A stretch of DNA of 64,000 bases from an uncultured Pirellulaceae bacterium (GCA_964582025.1 CAZORS010000001.1:14398-78397), one strand, 5' to 3'. Counted from the stretch's first letter, positions 28,946-38,900 are shown. The notes: generated from the sequence alone by a model not told the origin. A program made the numbers and translations.

Positions 28946-30511
28946 ATGTCAAACCGACTTTCGATGGCAAAAATCAACTCAATCGAGACACTACATCAAT
29001 CCGGTCACTCAAATCGAGCGATCTCGCGTATCCTTGGCGTGGATCGTGGAACGGTCAATCGCTACGTCCGCGATCTCAAAGCCCGGGAGGCTCAAAATCG
29101 GCCAAACCCGCAACCCGGGTCTGAGGAGAAATCGGACCAGGATTCCAAGTCCGTTCCCGACTCCCATTCCGGTCCGCCAAGCCAGTGCGACACTTACCGC
29201 CAGCAGATTCTGGCCAAGCTCGAACAAGGCCTGTCAGTCAAGCGAATCCATCAAGACCTGCAATCCGATCATGGCTTTGGCGGCAGTTACCATAGCGTTC
29301 GGCGGTTCGTGTTACGGCTCGGCAAGAAAACACCGCTGCCGTTTCGGCGGATCGAAACGCCTCCTGGCGATGAGCTTCAAATCGACTTTGGAACAGCGGC
29401 TCCGGTAATCGGTACTGACGGTAAGAAGCGGCGGCCGTGGATGCTGCGACTGGTTTTAAGCTGTAGCCGAAAAGCCTACAGCGAAGTCGTGTACCGGCAG
29501 ACCACCGACAACTTCATCGCCATCATCGAGAATGCATTCCATTACTTTGGCGGCGTGCCACGGCGGTTGGTGATCGACAACCTCAAAGCAGCCGTTCATC
29601 GAGCCGACTGGTACGACCCGGAACTGCATCCCAAACTTCAATCGTTCGCATCGCACTACGGCACTGTGTTCGTTCCGACCAAGCCCTACACACCTCGCCA
29701 CAAAGGCAAAGTCGAAAACGGTGTGAAGTACGCCAAGGACAACGCGCTCAAAGGCCGCACGTTTGGCAGCCTTGCAGAGCAGAACGAATTTCTGCTCAAC
29801 TGGGAACAGACCGTTGCCGACACGCGCATTCACGGCACGACCAAGAAGCAAGTTCAAAAACAGTTTCTGGAACTTGAACAATCCGAGCTTTTAAAACTTC
29901 CGCGCGACCGGTTCGCGATGTTCCATGAAGGTCGCAGAACCGTCAGTCGTGATGGCCACCTGGAAGTCGACAAAGCCTATTACTCAGCGCCGCCGGAGTA
30001 CGTTGGCCGCCGCGTGTGGGCTCGCTGGGACGCTCGGCTAGTCCGCGTGTTCAACGATCAGTGGAAACAGATTGCCCTTCACAGCAAATGCGAACCAGGC
30101 CGCTTTCGCACTGATTCTGCCCATATTCCCAAGGAAAAAGTCTCTTCGGTCGAGCGTGGCACCGACGCACTGCTTCGGCAGATCGCCACCATCGGCCCGC
30201 ACACCCGGGCTTGGAGTGAGGCGACCATTGCCGTTCGCGGAGTCGAAGGCGTTCGGGTTCTCGTTGGCCTCAAAGCACTCGCGGGCAAACACCAAACGGC
30301 TGCACTGGAAACGGCCTGCGAAACGGCGCTGACCTACGGAGCCCATCGGCTTCGCAGTATCCGTCAGCTTCTCAAGCGGGCTGCCACCCAAGAACAAAAG
30401 CAGTTCGGCTTCATCGAAGACCACCCGATCATCCGGCCGTTGTCGGATTACTCACTTGAGTCTCTTAATGATTTTAGAAAGGAAAGAAATCATGAACGCA
30501 ATGTTACGTGA
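28946..30511 (+). CDS. istA: IS21 transposase IstA
   Basis: GGAGG RBS; N-terminal HTH; DDE motifs QIDFG, IDNLK, KGKVE. Confidence 0.95.
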   Translation: MSNRLSMAKINSIETLHQSGHSNRAISRILGVDRGTVNRYVRDLKAREAQNRPNPQPGSEEKSDQDSKSVPDSHSGPPSQCDTYRQQILAKLEQGLSVKRIHQDLQSDHGFGGSYHSVRRFVLRLGKKTPLPFRRIETPPGDELQIDFGTAAPVIGTDGKKRRPWMLRLVLSCSRKAYSEVVYRQTTDNFIAIIENAFHYFGGVPRRLVIDNLKAAVHRADWYDPELHPKLQSFASHYGTVFVPTKPYTPRHKGKVENGVKYAKDNALKGRTFGSLAEQNEFLLNWEQTVADTRIHGTTKKQVQKQFLELEQSELLKLPRDRFAMFHEGRRTVSRDGHLEVDKAYYSAPPEYVGRRVWARWDARLVRVFNDQWKQIALHSKCEPGRFRTDSAHIPKEKVSSVERGTDALLRQIATIGPHTRAWSEATIAVRGVEGVRVLVGLKALAGKHQTAALETACETALTYGAHRLRSIRQLLKRAATQEQKQFGFIEDHPIIRPLSDYSLESLNDFRKERNHERNVT

Positions 30512-31319
30512 ACAACTTAAATCACTTCGCCTCAGCGGCATGTCGGCATCGCTTGACGTTCGGCTGCAGGAGGCGAAGGCATCCAAGCTCGATCACCTGG
30601 AGTTCTTGGAGTTGATCTTGGAGGATGAAATGGTGGTGCGTCGCGATCGCCGCATCGCTCGGTTCACCAAGGCCGCTGCCTTCCGCGATCAGAAAAGCCT
30701 CGACGATTTCGACTTCGAGTTTAATACGTCGGTGAAGCGAAAGCAGATCTTCAACATGGCCGCTGGTGACTTCGTTCGCAAGGCTCACGATGCGATCTTC
30801 ATCGGCCCGCCGGGCGTCGGCAAAAGTCACTTGGTACAAAGTCTTGGGCGACAGTTGATTCGAGATGGTTTCACCGTTTACTACCGAAGTATCTTCGACT
30901 GCGTGCGTGACTTCTTGCACGACGAAGCGTTCGAAGGTCACGACAAAGTTCTCAAGCGATATCTCAAACCGGACTTGCTGATCCTGGACGACATGGGCAT
31001 GAAGCAGCTTCCCAAAAAGAGCGGCGAGTTTTTATTCGAAGTCATCATGCGTCGACATGAACTTCGCTCAACAGTGATGACGAGCAATCGCCCGCTGGAG
31101 GATTGGGGCAAGTTGATTGGCGATGTCCCAGCAGCGACTGCGATCCTCGATCGCTTCTTGCAGGACGCCGAAGTGATCCAAATTACCGGACGAAGTTACA
31201 GGCTTCGCGGCAAATCTGCCGATGAAAAACAAGCGGCCAATCGAGCCAAGTCAAAGCCAGGCAAACCCGCAAACAGAACTTCCAAAAGCGGCCAAACCCG
31301 CAAACCGGCTCAGGCATAA
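30492..31319 (+). CDS. istB: IS21 helper ATPase IstB
   Basis: LKSLRL, GPPGVGKSHL, LLILDD, TSN, AILDR, GRSYR. Confidence 0.95.
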   Translation: MNAMLREQLKSLRLSGMSASLDVRLQEAKASKLDHLEFLELILEDEMVVRRDRRIARFTKAAAFRDQKSLDDFDFEFNTSVKRKQIFNMAAGDFVRKAHDAIFIGPPGVGKSHLVQSLGRQLIRDGFTVYYRSIFDCVRDFLHDEAFEGHDKVLKRYLKPDLLILDDMGMKQLPKKSGEFLFEVIMRRHELRSTVMTSNRPLEDWGKLIGDVPAATAILDRFLQDAEVIQITGRSYRLRGKSADEKQAANRAKSKPGKPANRTSKSGQTRKPAQA

Positions 31320-32122
31320 AACAGCTGGAAAAACAAGTATTTAACCACAGCAACTACACCCAAACTGGCCGATTTTAACCCGCAACTTCGTGGCCGCTTT
31401 TAACCCGCAAACTGACACCAAGCACACGAAGCCAGACTTTGTTGGGGACGTGTCGGTCGGATGGGTCTAGCTCGATAGCGTAGCCACGATCGACAATGGC
31501 TTTCACGATAGCGTTGAGGATCTCAATGGCTCTTGGGGAACTTTCCTTAAAGACAATGACATTGAAGACGGGCGTCAGGCTTCTCGGAGGCGTTCGTAAC
31601 CTGCCGTATTTGTCACTACCACTGGAAGCCAAGCTTTTCTTTGTCGATGCGATCACTGGGTGGCAATGGCGACGGAGTTTCTGTGGAGCGGTAATCTTGT
31701 TTTCAGGGCTCTCTTCAAATCGAATCAACTCTTTGAGGTCTTCATCCGTGACGAAATGAGCCGATGAAACTGCGTTTGATCCTGGCTTCCGCTCATAGTC
31801 TGGAAACGCAACCACCATGGATCCTTCATCCAAACGAGGTAGCGGCGTGGAAGCCGGAGCATTATTGCGGGCGAGCAGTGCCCAGTACCCGGACTTAGGC
31901 CTAGGTATTTCATGTTCACCACAAACAGCGGCCAACTCCCTTGGCAACAGCCTCAATTTCGGGGCGAGCTTCGACAGCGGTTCTTTCCAAACTAGGTCGT
32001 ACAACTCAAGCCTGCTTGTCTCCGTCTTTCGTTTACTCATGGGCTTACTCCGAGTCCTATCAACGGTTGAGCGATCTCAACGCACAATCAAACTTTCAAT
32101 GATCTCGCATCTAAGCTCGGGC

Positions 32123-32554
32123 TCAGTGGTTCGTCGCTTCATTTGCGAGCCTTTCGAGGTAGCTGTCGAGATCAATCTTCCGAACGAGTGTTTTTCTGCC
32201 TATTTTTACTTTCCGTATCACGCCGGCAGAAAGGAGATCATCGAGCAATCGCGTGCTGATGCTCAAGTATTCTGCGGCTCCACGGCGGTTAAAGGCGCCA
32301 AGTTGTTTGCCGCTTGTTTCGACCAGTGAAGTCGAGCCTTCGTAAATGATTGGCACGACATGCTCAGGTTGTTGTAGTGTTCCCTCTGCAAGGCGAGGCT
32401 GGAAGCAGGGAAGAAGACGCATGAAGTCAGAGGGATTGCTTCTGGCCCAGCCCAGTATGAATTCGCGACCACCCAAGTCTTCGAGGATCCCTGTAAGTAA
32501 GCGATGGAGATCTGGGCCAATGGTCGTGTCGTGTTTTCTTGACTGTCTGTGCAT
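32123..32554 (-). CDS. Excisionase-like HTH_17 protein with extra N-terminal domain (about 143 aa)
   Basis: C-terminal AAEYLSISTRLLDDLLSAGVIRKVKIGRKTLVRKIDLDSYL; start uncertain. Confidence 0.7.
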   Translation of the reverse strand: MHRQSRKHDTTIGPDLHRLLTGILEDLGGREFILGWARSNPSDFMRLLPCFQPRLAEGTLQQPEHVVPIIYEGSTSLVETSGKQLGAFNRRGAAEYLSISTRLLDDLLSAGVIRKVKIGRKTLVRKIDLDSYLERLANEATNH

Positions 32555-32626
32555 GATTGCTTCTCGCTCTGAAGGATAGATTGTTTTGTTGTTCAAACAA
32601 TTTTCTACTAAGCAAAAGGACAAGTC

Positions 32627-32932
32627 ATGATCGACATCGTCAACGAGCAAATGATTCCCTTCTCAAAAATTCCAGCGTGGTGCGAGAAACACTTAGGCCA
32701 CAGAGTGAACAGATCAACTGTTCACCGTTGGCGACTTCGTGGTGCCCGAGGTAGTAAACTGGAAACAGTGCTAGTTGGCGGTCGACGCTACTCGTCCCAG
32801 GAAGCGCTACTGCGGTTCTTCGACAACACCACTGCCGCTGAAGACGGGCCTAGCAGTCCTCAACACAACGCTCACCAACGAAAGCGCGAGATTGAAGATG
32901 CTGAAGCATATTTAAAATCGGAAGGCATCTAG
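32627..32932 (+). CDS. DUF1580 winged-HTH protein
   Basis: RSTVHRWRLRGARGSKLETVLVGGRRYSSQEALLRF; AGGA RBS. Confidence 0.85.
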   Translation: MIDIVNEQMIPFSKIPAWCEKHLGHRVNRSTVHRWRLRGARGSKLETVLVGGRRYSSQEALLRFFDNTTAAEDGPSSPQHNAHQRKREIEDAEAYLKSEGI

Positions 32933-32949
32933 AGGGTATTTCAAAACCT

Positions 32950-33016
32950 GTAGTGGACTTCGCCAGAAGTCCCAGCTCGCTTTCAAAACAAAGGGAATTC
33001 TGGCGAATCCCACTAC
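32950..33016. repeat. GTAG-type REP doublet (inverted pair)
   Basis: gtagtggacttcgccagaagtccc ... gggaattctggcgaatcccactac: imperfect 24-bp inverted repeat with GTAG/CTAC termini. Confidence 0.65.
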
Positions 33017-33183
33017 GATGATCGCACGATTTTAGGTTTTGAAATGTCCTCTAGTAGACTGCTGCCGTTCGCTCGGCAACTATCTGTGGCACTACGGAAT
33101 CTACTTTCGATTCCGTATGCTTCAGAGAATCATCTCAATGAAGAGATGCAGGACAAGTTCCTCTAAATCAAACTGAAAAACAA

Positions 33184-33525
33184 ATGAAACACATCGACCC
33201 AAATCAAATTGATACGTTCATCGAAGAGATAATAGACCTGGACACTGCGGCAGCCCACATCGCTCGGATTTCAAAAACTAAGCGTAACCGCAGGGTGCTC
33301 CTTCGCTGGGCCAACCGTGGACTCGCAGGTGTGAAACTGCCAACCATCCTGATTGGCGGACAGATTTACACCTCCAAGGAAAAACTGAATTGGTTCCTCA
33401 ATGAATCTGCCAAAGCCAAGCGGCTTCGGCGAAGCGACGAAACCAAGGACGGCCTGCGCAAGAAGCGACAGGGGCAACCCACCGCTTCGGATTTGGAAGC
33501 AGAGGCTCGCGCGTTGGGAATTTAG
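33184..33525 (+). CDS. DUF1580 winged-HTH protein (paralog)
   Basis: RVLLRWANRGLAGVKLPTILIGGQIYTSKEKLNWF; C-terminus EARALGI resembles the first copy. Confidence 0.8.
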   Translation: MKHIDPNQIDTFIEEIIDLDTAAAHIARISKTKRNRRVLLRWANRGLAGVKLPTILIGGQIYTSKEKLNWFLNESAKAKRLRRSDETKDGLRKKRQGQPTASDLEAEARALGI

Positions 33526-33613
33526 CAAGAGAATCAGTATTCCAACTTGGATGGTTGCTGCTAACTGGAATGCGAATACCGCGGTTCGCGATACAACTCA
33601 GACGGGCAAGGTG

Positions 33614-33636
33614 AACGGGTGTACGGTACACCCGTT
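33614..33636. repeat. Perfect 11-bp inverted repeat with 1-nt spacer near the island boundary
   Basis: aacgggtgtac-g-gtacacccgtt. Confidence 0.8.
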
Positions 33637-33729
33637 GGGCCATTTTCAGGCGTATTTGGACGAACTGCCAAACCCGAGTGGTGCGGTAAAAACCGTGTTT
33701 TCCCGTCCTTCTGAATCCTTGCGAGTCTA

Positions 33730-33767
33730 TTAGGAAAGCTGTGCTCTATCCCCTGAGCTACGGGGGC
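33730..33767 (-). pseudogene. 5' half of tRNA-Arg(CCT), truncated right after the anticodon loop; probable att site and right boundary of the island
   Basis: Minus strand GCCCCCG TA GCTC AGGGGATA GAGC A CAGCT TTCCTAA is followed by TAGAC instead of the expected AGCTG; no T-arm follows. Confidence 0.85.
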
Positions 33768-33928
33768 GTGCTGAATAGACGTCGAACTTCTTTAAATTTG
33801 AAGACCGGATAACCATAATCAAGTTCGCCATGCTAACAAAGGTAACTCCGTTTGGCCATATATTTGCACAATCGACCGTTTGACAAATCGCAAGTTGAAA
33901 TCCAGCACGAGCCAGAAATAATAGAAGG

Positions 33929-34960
33929 ATGATTTGCTCTCATAGCCAACTCAATATCGAACGCCCGGTTCGGCGTGCGTTTACATTGGTCGAACTTTTG
34001 GTCGTCATTGCGATCATTGGAATCTTGATTGCGATGTTGCTTCCGGCAGTTCAACAATTGCGCGAATCGGCTAGGCGAATTCAATGTGCCAATCGGTTGA
34101 GGCAATTGGCTCTGGCCAATCTGAACTATGAAAGTGCCTACGCCCATTTTCCAACAAGTTTTGATTTGGAACCTGGAGAAGTGAGGCGAGGTTCTTGGTC
34201 TGTTCATGCGAAACTGTTGCCGCTAATAGACCAAGCAAACGTTGAATCGAAAATTGACTTCGAATCTGATTGGCATGACCAACTTGAAACGGGAGTCCAC
34301 ACGCTGGCGGTGCCGACGCTCAGCTGTCCTAGCGATGTCAATGGCGGGAACCGCGTTCGCAATGGCGTGAGCTATGTGCATTCGACCAGCTATGGATTCA
34401 ATATGGGAACGTGGTTCATATTTGATCCGTCGACTGGTGAGACCGGTGACGGAGTTTTCCGAGTCGGGAAAGCAACGACGCATGCTTCGATCGGCGATGG
34501 TCTGAGCAATACGATCTGTGCGACAGATGTGAAAGCGTTTACTTCCTATGTTAGGAATGCGACCGGTTTTGATTCGGCTTTGCCGAGCAACATGGATCAC
34601 TTTCTTGACGCGACCGGTGAATTGAAGCTTGGCGTCGGTCTTCAACAAAACACAGGGCACTCTGTTTGGACCGATGGACGAGTTCATCATGCCGGGATGA
34701 CGGTTACGTTTACGCCGAATTCAAGAACCGCATTCTGGTTTGAAGGCCGTGAATACGATATCGACTTCAGTTCACAGCAAGAAGGGCGAGATCCGAGGAA
34801 GGAGACTTACGCATCTGTAACGTCCCGATCATGGCACCCTGCAGGCGTCAATGTCGCACGAATGGACGGGAGCGTTGGACTTGTATCGAACGCAGTCGAG
34901 CTGGAGGTGTGGCGTTCTCTTGGGTCGATTTCGGGCGGTGAAGTCGTTTCGCTAGACTAG
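33929..34960 (+). CDS. DUF1559 prepilin-type N-terminal methylation / H-X9-DG protein
   Basis: [54 protein letters not shown]. Confidence 0.93.
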   Translation: MICSHSQLNIERPVRRAFTLVELLVVIAIIGILIAMLLPAVQQLRESARRIQCANRLRQLALANLNYESAYAHFPTSFDLEPGEVRRGSWSVHAKLLPLIDQANVESKIDFESDWHDQLETGVHTLAVPTLSCPSDVNGGNRVRNGVSYVHSTSYGFNMGTWFIFDPSTGETGDGVFRVGKATTHASIGDGLSNTICATDVKAFTSYVRNATGFDSALPSNMDHFLDATGELKLGVGLQQNTGHSVWTDGRVHHAGMTVTFTPNSRTAFWFEGREYDIDFSSQQEGRDPRKETYASVTSRSWHPAGVNVARMDGSVGLVSNAVELEVWRSLGSISGGEVVSLD

Positions 34961-35040
34961 TCATTGTTATCTCGAATTGCCCCATAGTTGCTTCAATCGG
35001 ATAGTTAAAAAAAGAAATCGGCGAACCTGTTCTCAGGCAC

Positions 35041-35069
35041 TTGACACTATCCTGGTGATCGGGCATCTT
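35041..35069 (+). promoter_or_regulatory. Possible sigma70 promoter for tRNA-Lys
   Basis: TTGACA-N17-CATCTT. Confidence 0.4.
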
Positions 35070-35112
35070 ATTGCCTTCTCGCAGCCGACTCGTGCGGCAA
35101 ATTGCGTGGATC

Positions 35113-35185
<73 letters not shown>

Positions 35186-35195
35186 CTTGACCATG

Positions 35196-35236
35196 ACCGC
35201 GTTTCGATTGGTTTGCCCAACCAAACGCGGTTTTTT
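35196..35236 (+). terminator. Rho-independent terminator after tRNA-Lys
   Basis: accgcgttt...aaacgcggt followed by a T run. Confidence 0.75.
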
Positions 35237-35436
35237 AGTGCGCCGGTATAGAATGCTAATTTCGAATTACCGAATCTGTCTGGCTGCCATCGGAAGCCCC
35301 CTAAATTTGCAGGTGTGCCAGCGGAAAGACGTTGTCCGACGAATGGAATGCTAAACTGATTGGTCCCGTGGCTGAAGTATCGGCTATGATTAGAATCGAC
35401 CGTCCGATTAATCCTATTCCAACATCCGCCAACGAG

Positions 35437-36047
35437 ATGAGTTCATCCGACACAAACCATAACTCAGTAACTCGATGGCTCGACGAGCTTAAAGACGGGT
35501 CGGATGATGCGGCGAGCCAGTTGTGGAGTCGGTATTTCGAGAAATTGGTTGCGGTCGCAAGGAAGAGACTGGCCAACTCTCCGAAACGGGTCTCCGACGA
35601 AGAAGATGTTGCAATTAACGTTTTCAACAGCCTCTGTGCCGGAGTGGAGCAAGGTAAGTTTGATCGGCCAATGATCGAGAAGATCTCTGGAAATTATTGG
35701 TTGTGATGACACGTCACAAGTCAATGAATCAGATGCGTCACCAGACGGCGGCGAAACGTGGTGGTCGAAATTTAAGTGGGAATTCTATCTTTGACGAAAA
35801 CGGCGTCCAAGGCTTTGATCTCTTTCTCGGAAAAGATTCGACTCCTGAATTCCTCATCGAGGTTCAGGAAGAACGGGAACGGATGATGAGCCTACTAGTC
35901 GGCAAGGGTCACCGTGAGATTGCTGAGCTCCGTATGCAAGGTTGCTCTATTGAAGAAACAGCTGCAAGTCTCGGTATTTCTTCCAGAAGTGTGAAACGAA
36001 AGCTTGCCCTGATCCGAGAAATTTGGATCGTCGAGTTTGAAGAGTAG
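35437..36047 (+). pseudogene. Planctomycete-type ECF sigma factor, frameshifted near 35668
   Basis: SVTRWLDELKDG..AASQLW.RYF.KL in one frame; NDREDLWKLL...region-4 HTH (IEETAASLGISSRSVKRKL) in another; one inserted nt would give a 203-aa protein. Confidence 0.8.
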
Positions 36048-36373
36048 ACTGTCGAAGTTTTCCGCCACGAGCCAACTCTTCAACGATCTCTTATCGTCCT
36101 GCGTTAGCTTCGGCTTGGTTAGACGTAAGCGACTTGCTTAAGCGTTGAATTTAGATGGCGTGGCTTGCAATTGACACTGCCGCGTTATTGGAACATACGG
36201 CTTCGACGAGACAGTTAGTCGTGCTTGCATTTGTTGGCTGGCAGACGCTGTCAACGAAGTCACACTATTTTTATCCTAATTGCGGTTCTTGTTTCGATCA
36301 CCTTGCGGCAAAATGATAGGCGAGCCACTCCATCATTTCGTTGACAACTTCAGCTCACGATTCAGGAACGCAG

Positions 36374-38098
36374 ATGTTTTTCAAGCAAAACGCTAGGCGA
36401 AAGAACTTTCCAGGACTCAATCATTATCAACCTTTGGAGCCCCGAACGATGTTGGCCTCGCTTTCAAGCGCGGGGTGTAGCCAGCCCGTCGACGCTGAGT
36501 TGTTCGATCGGTCTTTAACATCGGTTGAGCAAGTTGAGAGCGTGGACAGCACGGCGAACGCCCTGTCGATTGCCAGTCGTTCTAGGCGCTTTATCCAGTC
36601 GCCGACGACGGAAAGGCTTGGGGAACTCGATGGCCTGATCGAACGGGAAGATTCGAACAATTTCTTTGACCGAATTGACCGTTACGAATTCGAAGTCACT
36701 GAAGAAGGTCAATTGACGGCTGACCTCGAATTCAATCGTGATACTTTCAGCCGTTTGGCAATTTTTGATCAGTCACGAAACGCCGTTGCTATTTCGTCGA
36801 TTCGAGGTGACTCAGAGACTTCGCTAACGACCGATCTGGCACCGGGAAATTACGTGGCGATCGTGTTTGGTGGCTTCGGTCGATACTCTCTGAATCTCGA
36901 TTACACTTCGGACGTCCAAACGCCAATCGATGAACCGATAACGACCGATCCAGTGGTGACTGAACCCGCTGACGAAGAAGTTATTGCCGAACCAGTTTCA
37001 ACACCGGAGCCAGTTTCAACGCCTGTCACGGAACTTCCCGAGGCTGACTTTTATGGGAGCAATCTCGACTGGAATTTGAATTCTGTGAACGCCCCCGAAG
37101 CTTGGCAGGCTGGGTACCGCGGTGACGGCGTTGTTGTTGCCGTGATTGATACTGGAGTCAACATCAGCCATAGCGACCTCGATGACAACGTCTGGGTTAA
37201 CTCGGACGAGATTGCTGGCGATGGAATTGACAACGACGGCAATGGATTTATCGACGACCGCTATGGTTGGAACTTCGTTGGCAACAATTCCAATGTCGCC
37301 GACGACAATGGTCATGGAACTCACGTTGCGGGCACGATTGCTGCCGAGCAAAACGGATTTGGGGCCACGGGCGTTGCTCCCGATGCTGAGGTCATGTCCA
37401 TCAAAGTTTTGAATCAGGATGGTTCAGGTTTTGTGAATTCGATCGCCAATGGTATTCGTTACGCCGTCGACAATGGAGCTCACATTGTTAATTTGAGTTT
37501 GGGTGGCGGTTTCAGTTCGACCATTGCGTCCGCGATTAGCTATGCTGCATCCAATGACGTGCTAGTGGTCGCCGCGTCGGGTAATGAAAGTTCAAGCGTT
37601 CCTAGCAATCCTGCTTCGCTAAGTCGAAGTTATCAAAACGTGCTTTCGGTGGGAGCCTACGATTCAAACGGGCGGATTGCAGGATTCAGCAACGGGGTTG
37701 GGAACTCAGGGGCTGTGCAGGTCGATGCTCCAGGCGTCGGAGTCTACAGCACCGCTGCTAACGGAAATTATACTTGGTTGTCTGGAACCAGTATGGCCAC
37801 GCCGCACGTTGCAGGTATTGCAGCACTGACGTTGTCGGCGAACTCAAATTTGACGGCGGCTTCACTCAGAAACATCATCGTTCAAACTTCTGATCGCTCA
37901 GCTTCGGGATCAGATGCCAGCGGCGTCGTGAATGCAAGTTTGTCAATCCCCGCAGCGATCAATGGTGGCTCAAATTCGACCCAGACTTCGGTTGCGGCAA
38001 CTTCCGGGAGCACATTGAACGTGCAATCGCAGGCGCTTGCTTTTGGGGCGTTTGCAGAACTACCTGACCTGTCAAAAAAGATTGGTTCTTTCGCGTAG
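36374..38098 (+). CDS. S8 subtilisin-family serine protease with planctomycete LEPRxLL-type N-terminal motif and PPC-like domain
   Basis: YQPLEPRTMLA; catalytic VIDTG, HGTHVAG, GTSMATPHVAG. Confidence 0.93.
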   Translation: MFFKQNARRKNFPGLNHYQPLEPRTMLASLSSAGCSQPVDAELFDRSLTSVEQVESVDSTANALSIASRSRRFIQSPTTERLGELDGLIEREDSNNFFDRIDRYEFEVTEEGQLTADLEFNRDTFSRLAIFDQSRNAVAISSIRGDSETSLTTDLAPGNYVAIVFGGFGRYSLNLDYTSDVQTPIDEPITTDPVVTEPADEEVIAEPVSTPEPVSTPVTELPEADFYGSNLDWNLNSVNAPEAWQAGYRGDGVVVAVIDTGVNISHSDLDDNVWVNSDEIAGDGIDNDGNGFIDDRYGWNFVGNNSNVADDNGHGTHVAGTIAAEQNGFGATGVAPDAEVMSIKVLNQDGSGFVNSIANGIRYAVDNGAHIVNLSLGGGFSSTIASAISYAASNDVLVVAASGNESSSVPSNPASLSRSYQNVLSVGAYDSNGRIAGFSNGVGNSGAVQVDAPGVGVYSTAANGNYTWLSGTSMATPHVAGIAALTLSANSNLTAASLRNIIVQTSDRSASGSDASGVVNASLSIPAAINGGSNSTQTSVAATSGSTLNVQSQALAFGAFAELPDLSKKIGSFA

Positions 38099-38165
38099 TT
38101 TGAATCAGTTGGGTTAACAGACTACAGGCAATTCAGACGGCAACGGCAATTCAGACGGCAGTAGA

Positions 38166-38867
38166 CTATTGAGCGAGCATTAATTTTGCGACGTCTGCGG
38201 AGACAAAATTCAGGAACTCAGTCGGCGATTGGAATTTGATTCCAGCTTGGAAATCGTTGTCTGTTGGATTGCTAGAAAGGTAGTTCAAATACGAACTTTG
38301 CGTTTGCGCGTCACGCAGGTCCCAGTGTCCGTCGACGGCCATGATCGCGATAGACTCGCGGGCGTCCACGAGCCTCATCGAGATCGCGACCTCTAACGGT
38401 TCGTAGGCAGAGAATGAAACTACATCGCAGTACAAAACTGCATCGCCCGAAAAAGTGCTCGAAAGATCAACCAATTGCTGTAGGTCAAATTTCCCTTTTC
38501 GAATAGCCTGTGAATCGCAAGCGCATGGTGGGGCCACTACGGCGTCCGCAAACCCGCACCGGCGTAGTGAGTCGGCCAAGGCGAGGGCGAAGGTCTTTTG
38601 TTCGGGCAACAAGTGCGTTCGACTTGTGGGAATGGCAATAACGATACGACGAGGCTTCAACTGTTGGTAGTACTGCGAAACCAGCACGTCGGCGGGCGCC
38701 GGAGCGATTCGTCGATGGTGTTGGTATTGGTATTGCTGCGGTTGGCTGGAAACTGATGCGCGACGCGATGGAAGGAAACGACATCCCGTTGCGCTGCCAA
38801 CTACAAACGAGCAAGCGACGACGATCAAGATTGGGACAGCCAGTGTTCGCTGAGTGAGTTCATGCAT
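38166..38867 (-). CDS. Putative lipoprotein (CsgG/TolB-N/FlgO-like fold possible)
   Basis: Hydrophobic N-terminus ending SATGC; DAVLY...ISMRLVDA pattern; last gene of the flagellar minus-strand run. Confidence 0.55.
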   Translation of the reverse strand: MHELTQRTLAVPILIVVACSFVVGSATGCRFLPSRRASVSSQPQQYQYQHHRRIAPAPADVLVSQYYQQLKPRRIVIAIPTSRTHLLPEQKTFALALADSLRRCGFADAVVAPPCACDSQAIRKGKFDLQQLVDLSSTFSGDAVLYCDVVSFSAYEPLEVAISMRLVDARESIAIMAVDGHWDLRDAQTQSSYLNYLSSNPTDNDFQAGIKFQSPTEFLNFVSADVAKLMLAQ

Positions 38868-38900
38868 GGGTGGATCCGGCAGGAAGGATGGGGCGAGGGG

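Larger units (their letters stand above)
28839..31417 (+). mobile_element. Complete IS21-family insertion sequence (2579 bp)
   Basis: TG...CA ends; left tgtcagttcgcgggtaaaagcggcca and right tggccgcttttaacccgcaaactgaca; each end carries two subterminal repeats; 7-bp TSD CCAAGCA at 28832-28838 and 31418-31424. Confidence 0.96.
28249..32040 (-). pseudogene. 401-aa island-associated hypothetical gene interrupted by IS21 (5' part 32040-31418, 3' part 28831-28249)
   Basis: Removing the IS and one TSD copy joins ...KVWLRVLG to VRVCLRLMEK... in frame (1206 nt); N-terminal RLELYDLVW..P...IPRP..GYW motif. Confidence 0.85.

Noticed and set aside
33500-33729. Group I intron interrupting tRNA-Arg(CCT)
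   Set aside because: No 3' exon (AGCTG...T-arm...GGGGGC) was seen in the following few hundred nt, and no recognisable intron core; an att remnant fits better
1-33767. Island integrase, CRISPR array or retron RT
   Set aside because: None recognisable in this window; any integrase would have to lie beyond the left edge
36940-37030. Pro/Thr/Glu repeats (EPVSTP x2) in the subtilisin
   Set aside because: Ordinary low-complexity interdomain linker
38127-38160. Two copies of ggcaattcagacggca
   Set aside because: Only two units with a 2-nt spacer; a simple local duplication, not a CRISPR array
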